The position numbers and the translations under genes were made by a program. The notes beneath the pieces are model-generated. The model ran no database searches, was not told the DNA's origin, and saw only the letters and a program-made list of their open reading frames with translations. Of a DNA stretch of 64,000 nucleotides, positions 1 through 11,430 are shown one piece after another. The DNA comes from Rhina ancylostomus (taxonomy: Eukaryota), in contig JARFYF010000029.1 in NCBI GenBank assembly GCA_030265395.1, forward strand, positions 30,406,309 through 30,470,308, read 5' to 3'. The first letter of the stretch is position 1. Each line of letters begins with the position of its first letter.

Positions 1-1038
1 AGGGAAGAAATCGCTGAGGCACTTTTAGAGTTATTTGCTTCATCATTAGCCACTAGCAAAGTTTCAGAAGACTGGAGGGTGGCTAATGTTGCTCCATTGT
101 TCAATAAGGGTAGCTAGAACAGGCCAGGGAACTACAAATCAGTGAGCCTGACTTCAGTTGTAGGGGAGTTACTGAAGGGATTTCTGAGGGACAAGACCTA
201 CCATTACTTGGATAGTCAAGACCTGATCAGGAATAGTCAGCATGGTTTTGTGTGTGGGAGGTCATGTCTGATTAATCTTTTGGAGTATTTCGAAGAGGTA
301 ACTAAGGGGATAGCTGAAGGTAGGGCAGTGGGTGTTGTCTATATGGACTTCAGTAAGGTCTTTGACAATGTCCTGTGTGGCAGGCTGACCTGGAAGGTTA
401 GGTCGCATGGAACTCGGAGAGCTAGCGAGTTAGATTCAGAACTGGCTTGATGATGGGAAGTAGACGGTGATGGTTGAAGGTCAATTCTCTGACTGGAGGC
501 CTGTGACTAGTGACTAGTGAATTACCTCTGTAATTTATTATTTATGTAAATGATTTGGATATGAATATACATGCCACAGTTAGCAAGTTTGCTGATGATA
601 CTAAATTAGGGGGTCTAGTTGATAGTGAAGCAAGTTTCAATGAATTGCAAAGAGATCTTGATCAATTAGGGAGCTGGGCTGAGGAATGGCAAATGGATCT
701 TAACTTGGATAAGTGTGAAGTGATGCATTTTGGACAGTCAAACCAGGGTGGGACTTGTACAGTGAAAGGCAGGGCACTGACAAGTGCTGTGGAACAGAGG
801 GACCTGGGAGTACAAGTGCACAGTTCACTGAAAGTGGCTGCGCAAGTAGACAGGATGGTGAAGAAGGCACTTAACATGCTGGCCTTCAGTCAGGACATCG
901 AGTTTAGGAGTAGGGACATTATGTCGCAGTTATTTAAGTTGTTGGTGAGGATGCACTTGGAGTATAATGTACAGTTTTGGTCACCCTGTTATAGGAAACA
1001 CATTGTCAAGATGGAGAGGGTGTAGAAGAGACCACAGG
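1..1038 (+). mobile_element. CR1-clade LINE, ORF2 reverse-transcriptase remnant (defective), runs into N-gap
   Basis: Translations SQHGFVCGRSCLINLLEYFE, VYMDFSKVFD, SKFADDTKLGG, KCEVMHFG, EQRDLGVQV are CR1 RT motifs. Stops present, and the GVPQGS segment is missing near 510-530. Confidence 0.95.
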
Positions 1039-1138
1039 NNNNNNNNNNNNNNNNNNNNNNNNNNNNNNNNNNNNNNNNNNNNNNNNNNNNNNNNNNNNNN
1101 NNNNNNNNNNNNNNNNNNNNNNNNNNNNNNNNNNNNNN

Positions 1139-1337
1139 CAAATAAGGGAGGTGGGAAGGGCAGATGGGAACAGTGGAGGGGAGGGGACCCAGTGGGAGGG
1201 GTGTCTGGGTGATGGGCAGATGGAGTGGGTGGAGGAGGGGAATGAAACAGGGTGATGGGGGCTGGGTGTAGATCAGGAGCAGAGAGAAAAAGGATAGAGG
1301 GGGAGCAGGTTACCTGAAATTGGAGAATTCAATGTTC
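1139..1337 (-). mobile_element. Penelope-like element fragment (3' end of ORF plus C-rich tail)
   Basis: Minus strand reads gaacattgaattctccaatttcaggtaa (NIEFSNFR*), followed by a C-rich tract, as recalled for elasmobranch Penelope elements. Confidence 0.6.
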
Positions 1338-1714
1338 CTGCATTGTCACTGTTTCCAACAGATTACTTTAATTAATTTTCAATTCCCTAGATGCATTCTA
1401 TAGATCATGAGTCCGGGTTATTAGTCCATAACCACTAAACCTATCCTTTTGTTGTTTCCATCCATGGATATTAAAACCATTCCCCTTCAATAATCCTTTT
1501 AAACACATGGAACCAATAGCAGAGAAGGTGACTCCCAGAATCTGGGCTATAGCTCTGATAAATTATCCAATTGTCTCCTCCTGACAGACAATATTTGGGG
1601 TCTAGACATCAGAAGGCACAGACCTAGTCAGGTGAAGGAAAGAGTGATGCACAGAATGGAAAGAAGTCAGAGAGATTTCTTATTGGGTTTGAGGACCAGA
1701 GACAGGATTGGAGA

Positions 1715-1945
1715 TGCACTGCAGTAACTCACCAAGACTCCTCAGATGGCACCTTCCAAACCCACCCCCTCTACCAGCTGGAAGGGCCAGGGCAGCAAAT
1801 GCACAGGGAAACCTCCCCCTGGAAGTTGCCCTCCCAGCCTCACACCTCCCTGACTTGGAAATATCTCGCCGTTCCTTCACTTTCACTGGGTTAAAACCCT
1901 GGAACTCCCTCCCTAACAGCACTGTGGGTGCACCCACACCTCAAA
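1715..1945 (+). mobile_element. 3' fragment of a second CR1-group LINE family (same family as 9551-11870)
   Basis: Aligns by eye with 11540-11760 (caccttccaaacc...gcagcaaatgca...cactgggttaaaaccctggaactccctccc...agcactgtg). Confidence 0.75.
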
Positions 1946-1954
1946 GACGTACAT

Positions 1955-2836
1955 CATTATGTATGTAAGTGATTTGAATATGAATGTACATGGCATGATT
2001 AGCAAGTTTGCTGATGATACTAAATTTGGGGGTCTTGTTGATAGTGAAGCAGGTTACAATGAATTGCAAAGAGATCTTGATCAGTTCGGGAGATGGGCTG
2101 AGGGATGGCAAATGGGTTTCAACTTAGATAAGTGTGAGGTGATGCATTTTGGACATTCAAACCAGGGTAGGACTTGTACAGTGAATAGCAGGGCACTGAC
2201 AAGTGTTGTGGAACAGAGGGACCTGGGAGTACAAGCGCACAGTTCGCTCACAGCACGCTGGCCTTCATCAGTCAGGGCGTCGAGTTTAGGAGTAGGGACA
2301 TTATGTTGCAGTTATATTAGTCACTGGTGAGGCCGCACTAGGAGTACTGTGTACAGTTTTGGTCACGTGTTATAGGAAAGACATTGTCAAGCTGAAGAGG
2401 GTGCAGAAGAGATTTACAAGGATGCTGCCTGGACTAGAGGGCTTGTTATAGGGAAAGGTTGTCCACACTGGATCTTTATTCCTTGCAGAACAGGAGAATG
2501 AGGGGTGACCTCACAGAAGTTTATAAAATCATGTGGGTATGGATAAGGTGGACGGTCATTGTCTTTTCCCCAGGACTGGGGAGTCCAAAACTAGAGGACA
2601 CTGTTGCAAGATAAGAGGAAGAGACTTAAAAGAGACCTGAGAGGCAACTTCTTTACACAGACAGTAGTGAGTCCCGGAAATGAGCTGTCGAGGTGGGTAC
2701 AATTGCAACATTTAAGGGGCATTTGGATAGGCGCTTGGAGGGTTATGAGCAACTGGGGCCAGCAGGGAGGATGCTGTGGTCAGCATGGACCAGTTGGGCT
2801 GAAGGGCCTGTTTCTGTGCTTTATTACTCTATGACT
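1955..2836 (+). mobile_element. 5'-truncated CR1 LINE with 3' end
   Basis: SKFADDTKFGG/KCEVMHFG/EQRDLGV, then LRGNFFTQ, and the tail ggctgaagggcctgtttctgtgct...actctatgact. Highly similar to 540-1038. Confidence 0.95.
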
Positions 2837-4689
2837 ACGTTTTGCAAACAGACTTTGTTGGATGTAAGACTCCACAGAGAGCATATATGGTGCACCAACA
2901 TAAATCAAGTTACTGCTTCAGTGCCGACCTCCCCAACGGCAGCCCGGTTAGATGGGTCTTTTAAGTAATGCAGGAGAAAGCCTTCACCCTTCTGGTTAGG
3001 TGGATTTTTGCAGTGTTGCAACACTGATGTTTCATTGCACACATTGCCATCACTGCTGGACCATGCAGAACTGGAATGTGATTTAGTGAAATGTGCTAAA
3101 GGGTGTATGGAGTTGCCAAATGCAGTTGGTAATCAGATTTCAGTAAAATTCCACAGTACCACCCATTAGACACTGTGTTAAGCACTAGGATTTGCAGCAC
3201 TCCTAGTTTTGAGGAACTACTCTTCTTTGCTGGTGTTTAGCTAGCAATAAAATAAACAAATGTTATTTTAGCACTGCAGAGGTTCCTTTAATCATTAATA
3301 ATGAGCAGCCTCAAATTCTTAGACTTTTAATCCACTGCTTCTGTTGTTCTGCGGGGGAAATCCTATTATGGAACAAGATGGGACACCCTGTCCCAACTCC
3401 TGGAGATGGGATTGACCACAGTTTCTATTCATACCTGTAGAACAGCACCTCTGTGGTGCTTCTCTTGAAGCTTCTGCAGAATGTTGGAATGGCACCATGG
3501 CATTCAGGTATCAGTGGCACAAAAATGAAGTGACTACTAATCTTCTCAAAATGGAATAAGCGGCTCCTCAGCAAAAATGATTGATCCCTCTTCAGATGAA
3601 TTAAATTAACCAAAGGAAAACTTTCTTCTAAGTATTTGTGGTTGCATTTCCTTAGGCAGAATTTTAGTGAATGTGTGTTGTACCCTCTCTAAATCCTTAA
3701 TGCACTTCTATAATGTAAAACCTTACACCATACAAGCACTTTAATGAAGGTCTTTATAAAATTTTAAATAGGATCATTATTACCATTTGTTTTCATTGCA
3801 TCTGCGATAAAACCCACAATTCCAAAAGTGTTTTTTTTAAACCAGCTTAAGAAACTGGTTTTAATGTTCAATAAAACCACATCCTCTGATCCCTCTGCTT
3901 TTTCACAGCACGGAGCCTATTTCTATTCATATCAAATGAAGGTAAAATAAAACTGCAGATGCTGCCTGTCCTGCAGAGTGTTTCCAGCATTTTCTGTTCT
4001 TATCCCTATTCACTTCAAATGGTTGACCTTCAGTTCCATGACCCACTTGCAAAATTTATTGTGTAATTTTACAACAGCGAATTCAAGAACCTGATGATGC
4101 ACTTTCAACTTTCCAAGGCCACATGCTGACGTTGTTTCTCTTTCTCATTGGCCTCAAAAGGTAAGTGAAACACTCGCTTGCAAAGCCTATCTTTTTTTCC
4201 AACCACTTCCACCTTTTGTGTATATGGTGGGAAAGTTACAATAACTTCCAGAATCGTGTCATGCTAAAAATAGTGAGCAGAGCATTTCTCATCCACGCAT
4301 TTTAAAAATGACCTGCCAGCTTCAGGTGGCTGCCTTTTCTGCTTGCATACAAGATAAAATGAAAGAAGGTTCAATTACTTTGGACCAGTGACACTGTTGA
4401 TTTCAATTGGCTAATTGCCTAATTTCCACCAGCAGTAGGCCATTAATTCCTAAGCATTACTATATTTATGGTATTATGAATGTATGTATTCATAAAGCTT
4501 GGATGTATTCTGAACCTATGTTTTATTTCTGATGTGGGGATTACAGGCTACATTTGCCAACTAATGAGCAAAAAAATCACATCTAATATTTAAAAGTTGG
4601 CATTTACTGTAGGAAAGATATAATACAAGAATCACCTACTTTTGTTCATCTTATTTGTTTCTATGTGCATCCTCCTTATGTTGATTTTA

Positions 4690-4985
4690 CCAGATCTCTC
4701 ATTTTTTTTTAGTGTTATGTATTTGGTCATGGAATGTGTCCATTGCTGATAATGTTGGAACTTATTGTCCATCTTTAAATGTCCTGAACTGAGGCAGTTT
4801 AGAAACATGCATATCGATGGAACCTGAGTCATGTATAAGCCAGACCAGACAGAGATTAAGTTGTTACATTTACTGAGAATGATTTTCCTTTTATTGAGTT
4901 CCTGGTATTTAATTCCCCAACAGCTTTGGTGAGATTCAAACTCGTGTTTCCAGAACAATGGTCCAAAACTAAACTACCACACTTG
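4690..4985 (-). mobile_element. Decayed tRNA-derived SINE (also at 38090-38325 +, fragment 1340-1440 -)
   Basis: Minus strand has a B-box-like gagtttgaatctcacc and internal gtctggtctggcttatacatgactcag, matching a recalled common shark SINE. Its tail resembles the 3' end of the LINE at 11800-11870. Confidence 0.5.
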
Positions 4986-5912
4986 CCAGTTTCCTAATCC
5001 ACATTTACAAACTTCAAAACAGTTTATGTTGCTTGCAATTTTCACTACTCTCATAATCTAATCTGAAGAGTTTACATTTAAACAGATAATATTTATGAAA
5101 ATATGTCACATTTAATGCTTGGTTAGTTTTAAATAGATATTTTTCTTTTGTGCAATTTCAGGATGATGCCAAGCATGTAACATTGGTTTCTTCATGGATC
5201 AACCTATTACTGTACTTAACAGGCAAACTTTCAAATGTGCTGCCTTGTTTGAATAAAGAAGCAGTTTATGTCACATTTGCACCTGATTTCATATTCGCAA
5301 AGTAGCAACTATTCAGGAATAAACAGGGACCAATCAATACCATGCAAATGAATGTAAAAATTATCATTCAAAAATCAGCAACACATAGCTTGATAAAGGG
5401 CAGACAAAGAAATTGCTCCTAACAAATTTTCAAGTTTTTTTTAAACTACCACTTGTTTTCTCCAACTACCACTTGTTTTTTTTCCATTGGGTTGAAAATA
5501 AGTGTTGTAACATAATAAAGACATAAAAAGGGGACTTTCAAAAGAAAAATTTGCACCTGTTTAGGATGCTTATCCTAAACCAATAAAGTTACAGGCTATA
5601 AAAGTGGCATGCACATATGCATAGAAATTTTTGATTTTGCTCTATGACTGGCTTCAAAACTTCCAGCTTATATCAAGGGAGGTTAATTCTGAAGTTATTG
5701 GAATTCATGCTGGAAATCCATGGATTAATCACTTGGTTGATTTTAACTGCCTGATTTTCACTGGCCACATAATGTGAAATATGCTTCTTATTTCTATACA
5801 AGGAGATATAAATAAGCATCATGTACTACATGTTCATTTTATGTCAGTTAAATTTCTAATACTGTTTCAAACCAAATGCCTCCAACTCACTCATTTACTC
5901 TCCTTGCTTTAT

Positions 5913-6587
5913 TAGAACATAGAACAATACAGCACAGGAACAGGCCCTTCAGCCCACAATGTCAGTGCTTAACATGATGCCAAATTAAACTAAATCTCTT
6001 CTGACTGCACGTGATCCCTATCCCTCCATTCCCAGCAAATTAATGTACCTATCTAAGAGCTCTTAAAAGTCGCCACTACCTATGGCAGCGCATTCCAAGC
6101 ACCTACTGTACCACTCTCTGTGTAAAAAAAAAAGCTTGCCCCACACATCTCCTTTAAACTTTCTCCCTTTCACCTTAAGTGCATATCCTCTAGTATTTGA
6201 TATTTCTACCTTGGGAGAAAGTTTCTGACTGTCTACCCTATCAATTCCTCTCATAATTTTATAGATTTCTATCAGGTCTCCCCTCAGCCAGAGTAAACAA
6301 CCTAAGTTTGCCCAAATGCTCCTTCCAGCTCATCTCTTCTAATCCAGGCAGCATCCTGGTAAACGTCTTCTGTACCCTTTCCAAAGCCTCTATAATCCTC
6401 CTATCATGGGGCAATTGGAACTGCACACAATACGCAAGTGTGGCATAACAGAAGTTTTATATAGCTACAACATGACTTCCTTACTCTTATACTCAATGCC
6501 CTGACCAATGAAGGCAAGCATGCCTTATGCCTTCTTTACCACCCTATCTACTTATGCGGCCGCTTTCAGGGAGCTATGGACTTGGAC
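5913..6587 (-). mobile_element. CR1 LINE 3' portion
   Basis: Minus translation MRGIDRVDSQKL..TRG..LKVKGRKFKGDVWGK; tail seen on + as agaacatagaacaatacagcacaggaacaggccctt. Confidence 0.92.
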
Positions 6588-7104
6588 TTTAAAATACTTG
6601 TGCTACTACTCTGGTGATATTATTTAACTTTGATATTTTAATAAATTCCAAATGGTTAAATGGGTTGTATTTGTTTTTTTTAATTGGGAAAAAATACCCA
6701 AAACTGATCATGGAAGTTCTGGAGACAGTTTCTGCTGCAAATATTTTTGATAATAAAGAAATATGGAAATTAGATTAATCCTTTCCCAAGCTTGACATTT
6801 CTTGACTTTCATGATTTTGATTCCTTTAGAAGATGCCAAAGATACATTCTGAGTTTGCTGGAAGAAATTAACAAATTGACCCCTGTTCTTTTTTGTGTTG
6901 AACCAGTCACAGTCACTTCACTATTTCTGAACTGTTTTACAAACTTTTCCAAAACCTTTCAATAAATTGTTTGGACATTTTGCATTCTGAAATATTGTAT
7001 CTTTTGAGACACACCACTGAAAAACTGTAAAATTAAACCTGATAATCTAAACTGAACAAAATACATCAGCAAAGTTCAGGTGTTCTTTAATAAGAGGCAA
7101 ATAC

Positions 7105-7258
7105 ATTTTTAAGACACTTTTGAATAATTAAAGGCTAATATTCCAGTCAATGTGCCAACATAACATTGTTTCCATGTCATTAATGACATAGAAACAAAGT
7201 TATGTTGGCACATTGACTGGAATATTAGCCTTTAATTTTTCAAAAGAGTCTGAAAAAT
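7105..7258. repeat. 154-bp near-perfect palindrome (77-bp arms, no spacer)
   Basis: Centre atgtcatt|aatgacat between 7181 and 7182. Arms pair with 5 mismatches, counted by hand. Confidence 0.97.
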
Positions 7259-8528
7259 TTCTTCACATTTCTGTGTCTTTAACTCTAATATGGAATAAAT
7301 TTAGGGATTATTAATCCTGGTCAGTTCTTACAATTCACAGTCTGTGTAAGAACATATCTAGTTAAATAAACTATACTTATAAAAAGCTCATGCTATGAGC
7401 TGCAAGTCATTAGTTCAGTTTTGGGACATTGATTTAGATTAGATAAAGATTAGGTTCTTGGAGACCCATGGCAGCACAAAACATTCCAAAATATAATCTG
7501 TCACACAAAATTACACCATTTTAGAGAGGAACAATATGCAATGGGATAGAATTTCTTGTTCAGACATAAACCAGAATTGGGCAGCATTGTATTGCACTTA
7601 GCTAAGGGTGGGCTAATTCCACCAGAACTTAGGAAGTCAGTTATAATACCCTCTGTGAGTTCTAGACCTGAATAACATCTGTTATTGAGAGTTCATTGTT
7701 GTGTGGGTTAGAAATCCTGTGCCACTGCACAAGTTAAAGACCTACATCAATTTAAAGAATATATGTTCTGCTAGTGAAATGTCATTATGAAATGTCATTT
7801 TGGAGGGTTTTGAGCAAGTAAAGGATGACTAGAAGAAACTTTAAGTCCCATAATGTCTTGTTTTACAGATGAAACTGCAGATACTTAATGGTTCAAGTGA
7901 GACCAAGGTGGGGCCCTTTTCGGGAAAAAGATAAAGTGCATTTAGTGGATGAGAGGAGGCGGCAATGAGCATGAATATACCATGCAGCATTTAATGGACC
8001 CAAGAACTAATGGTGCAGTTTTTTTTACCTTATCTGATTTAACTATCACTACTTTATACAAAGCCAATGTACCATGTGGCAAAGAATTTTCTCCCTTTTA
8101 CACTTTCTTAAAGTTAATAGGATATTAACCATCATTATGGAACAGGGTGAGCTTTAAACTGACAATTTATGTCTGTAAATGTTAATTCAGTGATGTGTTT
8201 AAGTATGTTATCCCAATACAAATGCTTCCATCTAATGTCATCACAGAATGCATATAAATGCACTCATAAACACACAGATGGTTTTCAATGCATGTATCCC
8301 TAAAGACGTGAACATTTCACCTCTATCTGCATGAAAAGACTGAACACAACTAAAGGAAGAAAACTTTACAAACTCTTACAAGCAATTAAGCTAATAGACC
8401 AACTGACTAATGTCAGCTCGACATTCAGGAACATTATGCTTAGATCAGGATTACGTTCTCTCTTCATGATCTTCTTTCTTATCCTGTTCACTCACCTATT
8501 GACTGACTCCAAAGCATGCTATGAAATA

Positions 8529-8753
8529 TAGGAAGTCCCTGGGTTATGAACGAGTTCCATTTTTGAGACTGTAAGCTGGTTTTGTAGGTAACTTGGAACA
8601 TTGTCCGCGCATGCACACTTGGCCCGGGGATCGCGGACGTGCACGCTCATTTGGCTGGGGGATCATGGCCGCGCATGGCCCCAGCCGCACATGCGCACTT
8701 GGCCATGAAGGTCGGTTAGTAAATACAGGCGTTCGTAAGTCAGGGACTTCCTG
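8529..8753. mobile_element. Tc1/mariner (Tigger/pogo-like) MITE, 225 bp
   Basis: 24-bp TIRs: taggaagtccctgggttatgaacg and cgttcgtaagtcagggacttcctg. Flanked by TA at 8527-8528 and 8754-8755. GC/CpG-rich interior. Confidence 0.85.
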
Positions 8754-8919
8754 TAAAATACCACGTTCTTCGTGTAGTTGTAGGGTTCACATTGAGTCAG
8801 CATTCTAATTTGTGTTCCTTTTTGCTTTAAGTCAGAGTCCCGCAGCAATCAAACAAGCATCTCATACTAAACACCAGGATTTACCAACATATCACAGTCA
8901 AAAAATATCTGATTGTGCA

Positions 8920-9055
8920 GAAATTCTGCAGGGTCTTGACCCAAAATGTTGACAATTCCTTTCCCCTCCACTGCTGTTGCTTGACATGCTGAGTTCATCC
9001 AGCAGTTTGAGCTTTCCTCCCGATTCCAGCATCTGAAGTCTCTTGCATCTCCACT
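8920..9055 (+). mobile_element. Penelope-type terminal repeat fragment
   Basis: gggtcttgacccaaaatgttgac...tgctgagttcatccagca...ttccagcatctgaag. Same motif at 3950-4000, 19900-20070, 39555-39705, 42460-42560, 45960-46100, 48390-48470. Confidence 0.65.
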
Positions 9056-9696
9056 CTGCATCAATGGCTTAAGGGGGACCAGTGGATGTACAATACCTAC
9101 ATTTACAGAAGGCATTTGATAAATTGTAGCATTGAAGATTATTACAGAATATACATGGTACGCAAGGTAACATACTGGTGTTGATATAAAGCTGGCTATC
9201 AGGAAATAGCAACCAGATCTTTTTAGAAAGATATAATGTGCCACAAGTATCGGTGCTGGAGCCTCAACTTTTTACAGTTTATCTCAATGATATTGTGTAA
9301 AGGAACAGAAGGTATGGTTGCTAAATTTGCAGATGACACAAAAATAGATAGGAAAATAAATTATGAAGAGGACAAAACGAGGGTACAAAGGGGTATGGAT
9401 AGGTTAAGTAATTGAGCAAAGTCTTGACACATGGGATATAATATGGAAAAATGTGAGCTTGTTCATTTTGGCATGAAAAATTATAAAAGATTACAAGATG
9501 CAAAGGGATCTAGAGCATGATTCACAAAAGGGTAGTATGCAGATACAGCTCATAATCCTCAATGATGACAGGGCCCAGCATGTGAGTGCTAAAGAAAAGG
9601 CTGAAGAATTCTCAACCATCTTTATCTAGAAGTGCCAATTACATAATAGTTCTTGGCTTCCTGCTGAGATACCCACCTTCACAGGAGCCTGTTTCT

Positions 9697-10104
9697 AAAT
9701 TTTTTCTAAATTTTATTTACTTTTTTTTATTTACAGCATGGTAACAGGCCCTTCTGGCCCAACGAGTCCGCGCCACCCATTTTAAACCCCAAATTNNNNN
9801 NNNNNNNNNNNNNNNNNNNNNNNNNNNNNNNNNNNNNNNNNNNNNNNNNNNNNNNNNNNNNNNNNNNNNNNNNNNNNNNNNNNNNNNNNNNNNNNCGGCC
9901 CAACGAGTCCGCGCCACCCATTTTAAACCCCAAATTAACCTACCCGTACGTCTTTGGAATGTGGGAGGAAACCAGGGCACCCGGAGGAAACCCACGCAGA
10001 CACGTGAGAACGTACAAACTCCTTACAGGCAGTAGCGGGAATTGAACCCGGGTTGCTGGCGCTGTAATAGCGTCGTGCTAACCACTACTCTACCGTGCCG
10101 CCCC
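9697..10104 (-). mobile_element. Young tRNA-derived SINE (V-SINE/HE1-like)
   Basis: Minus strand: ggggcggcacggtagagtagtgg (A box), ggttcaattcc (B box), gtgggtttcctccgggtgccctggtttcctcccaca (V-domain-like), CR1-type tail gaagggcctgttaccatgctgta plus A-rich tail. CpG-rich. Confidence 0.92.
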
Positions 10105-11240
10105 AGCTAACTCAATTCACATGATATCAAGGAACAGCTGAGAGTGCCAGATACAGTAAAATTATGAGGCCAGACATCATCCCAGTTGTAGTTCTGAAGG
10201 CCTAAAGTTCAGAAGTACCTATGCCTCTAGCCTAGCTGTTCCAGTACAGTTATAATACAGTAATCTACCCAACAACATGGAAAATTGTCCAGATACGTAT
10301 TGTTCATAAAAAGCTGCACAAATCTAAGCTGGCTTGGTATCACCTAAACGGTCTGCTCTCAATTATCAGCAAAATAGTGGAAGCTGTTGTCGACAGTGCT
10401 GTCAAGCTGCATCTACTCACCAATAATGTACTCATTTATTCCCAATTTGGGTTTTACCAGGACCAATCAGTTTCAGACCTCATCAGAGCCTTGGTCCAAA
10501 CATGCACCAAAGAGCTGAATTCTTGAGATGAGGTGAGAGGGGTTATCCTTTGCATCAGGGCAGCATTTGACTGAGTTTGGCATCAGGATGCCCTGGTAAA
10601 GCCGAAGTCCATGGGCAACAGAGGGAAACTATGCGTGAGGTTGGAATCACATTGCCACAAAGGAAGATGGTTATGGGTTTTGAGGTCAGTTATTTAGCCC
10701 TAGGAAATCATTGTAAGAGTTCCTCAGGAGAGTATCCTAGGCCCAACCACCTTCAGTTGCATCATCAGTGACATTCCTCCCATGTTAAGGTGGAAGTGGG
10801 GTTGTTTGCTGACAATATTCAATTCCATTTGCAGCTCCACAGCAAATGAAGCAGTCTTTGACTCCATGCATCAAGATGTAAATAACATTCAGGCATGGAC
10901 TGGTAAGCGGCAAGAATCAAAANNNNNNNNNNNNNNNNATACAATGGCCCTCTCCAACAAGAGAGTCTAACTACCTACACTTGCTATTCAAAGGCGTTAC
11001 TATTACTAAGTTGCTCATCAGCAGCATTGAGGGGGCCATCATTAACAAGAGGTTCAACTGGACCAGGCACGTAAATACCGTAGCTAAAAAACAGGTCAGA
11101 GGCTGGATATCTAGCAGTGAGTGACTCACTTCCTGACCTTCCAAAAACTTCCCACCATCTGCATGTACAAATCAGGAGTTGAAATATTCTCCACTTGCCT
11201 GGATGAGTGCAGTGTCACCAACTCTCAAGAATCTCAACAC

Positions 11241-11430
11241 TAGAAAGCTGTAAAGATGGATACAACTACAATGTTTAAAAGACATATAGACAAGTATACA
11301 GACAGGAAAGATTTAGAGGGATATGGGCCAAACACAGGCAACTGGGACTAGCTCAGGTAAACAACTTGGTCAGCATGGACAAGTTGGGCCAAAGGGCCTA
11401 TTTCCATGCTGTGTAACTCTATGACTTATA
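11241..11430 (+). mobile_element. Short CR1 3'-end insertion inside the 9551-11870 LINE
   Basis: tttaaaagacatatagacaagta...gggccaaagggcctatttccatgctgtgtaactctatgact. The host sequence rejoins as ctcaacac/accatccaagac. Confidence 0.85.

Noticed and set aside
5444-5480. 16-bp direct repeat aactaccacttgtttt x2 and the nearby 9-bp hairpin at 5559-5580
   Set aside because: Ordinary slippage duplication and an isolated short hairpin. Not an array.
7140-7150. Palindrome arm shares the 11-mer attccagtcaa with WIF1 exon 2 (21395-21405), suggesting a cis-siRNA
   Set aside because: An 11-nt match with no extension is compatible with chance.
9756-9936. Direct repeats flanking 100-N gaps (also 17781/17892, 32619/32733, 60945/61071)
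   Set aside because: Identical or 1-SNP sequence on both sides of fixed 100-N gaps indicates overlapping contig ends or haplotypes, not real tandem duplications.
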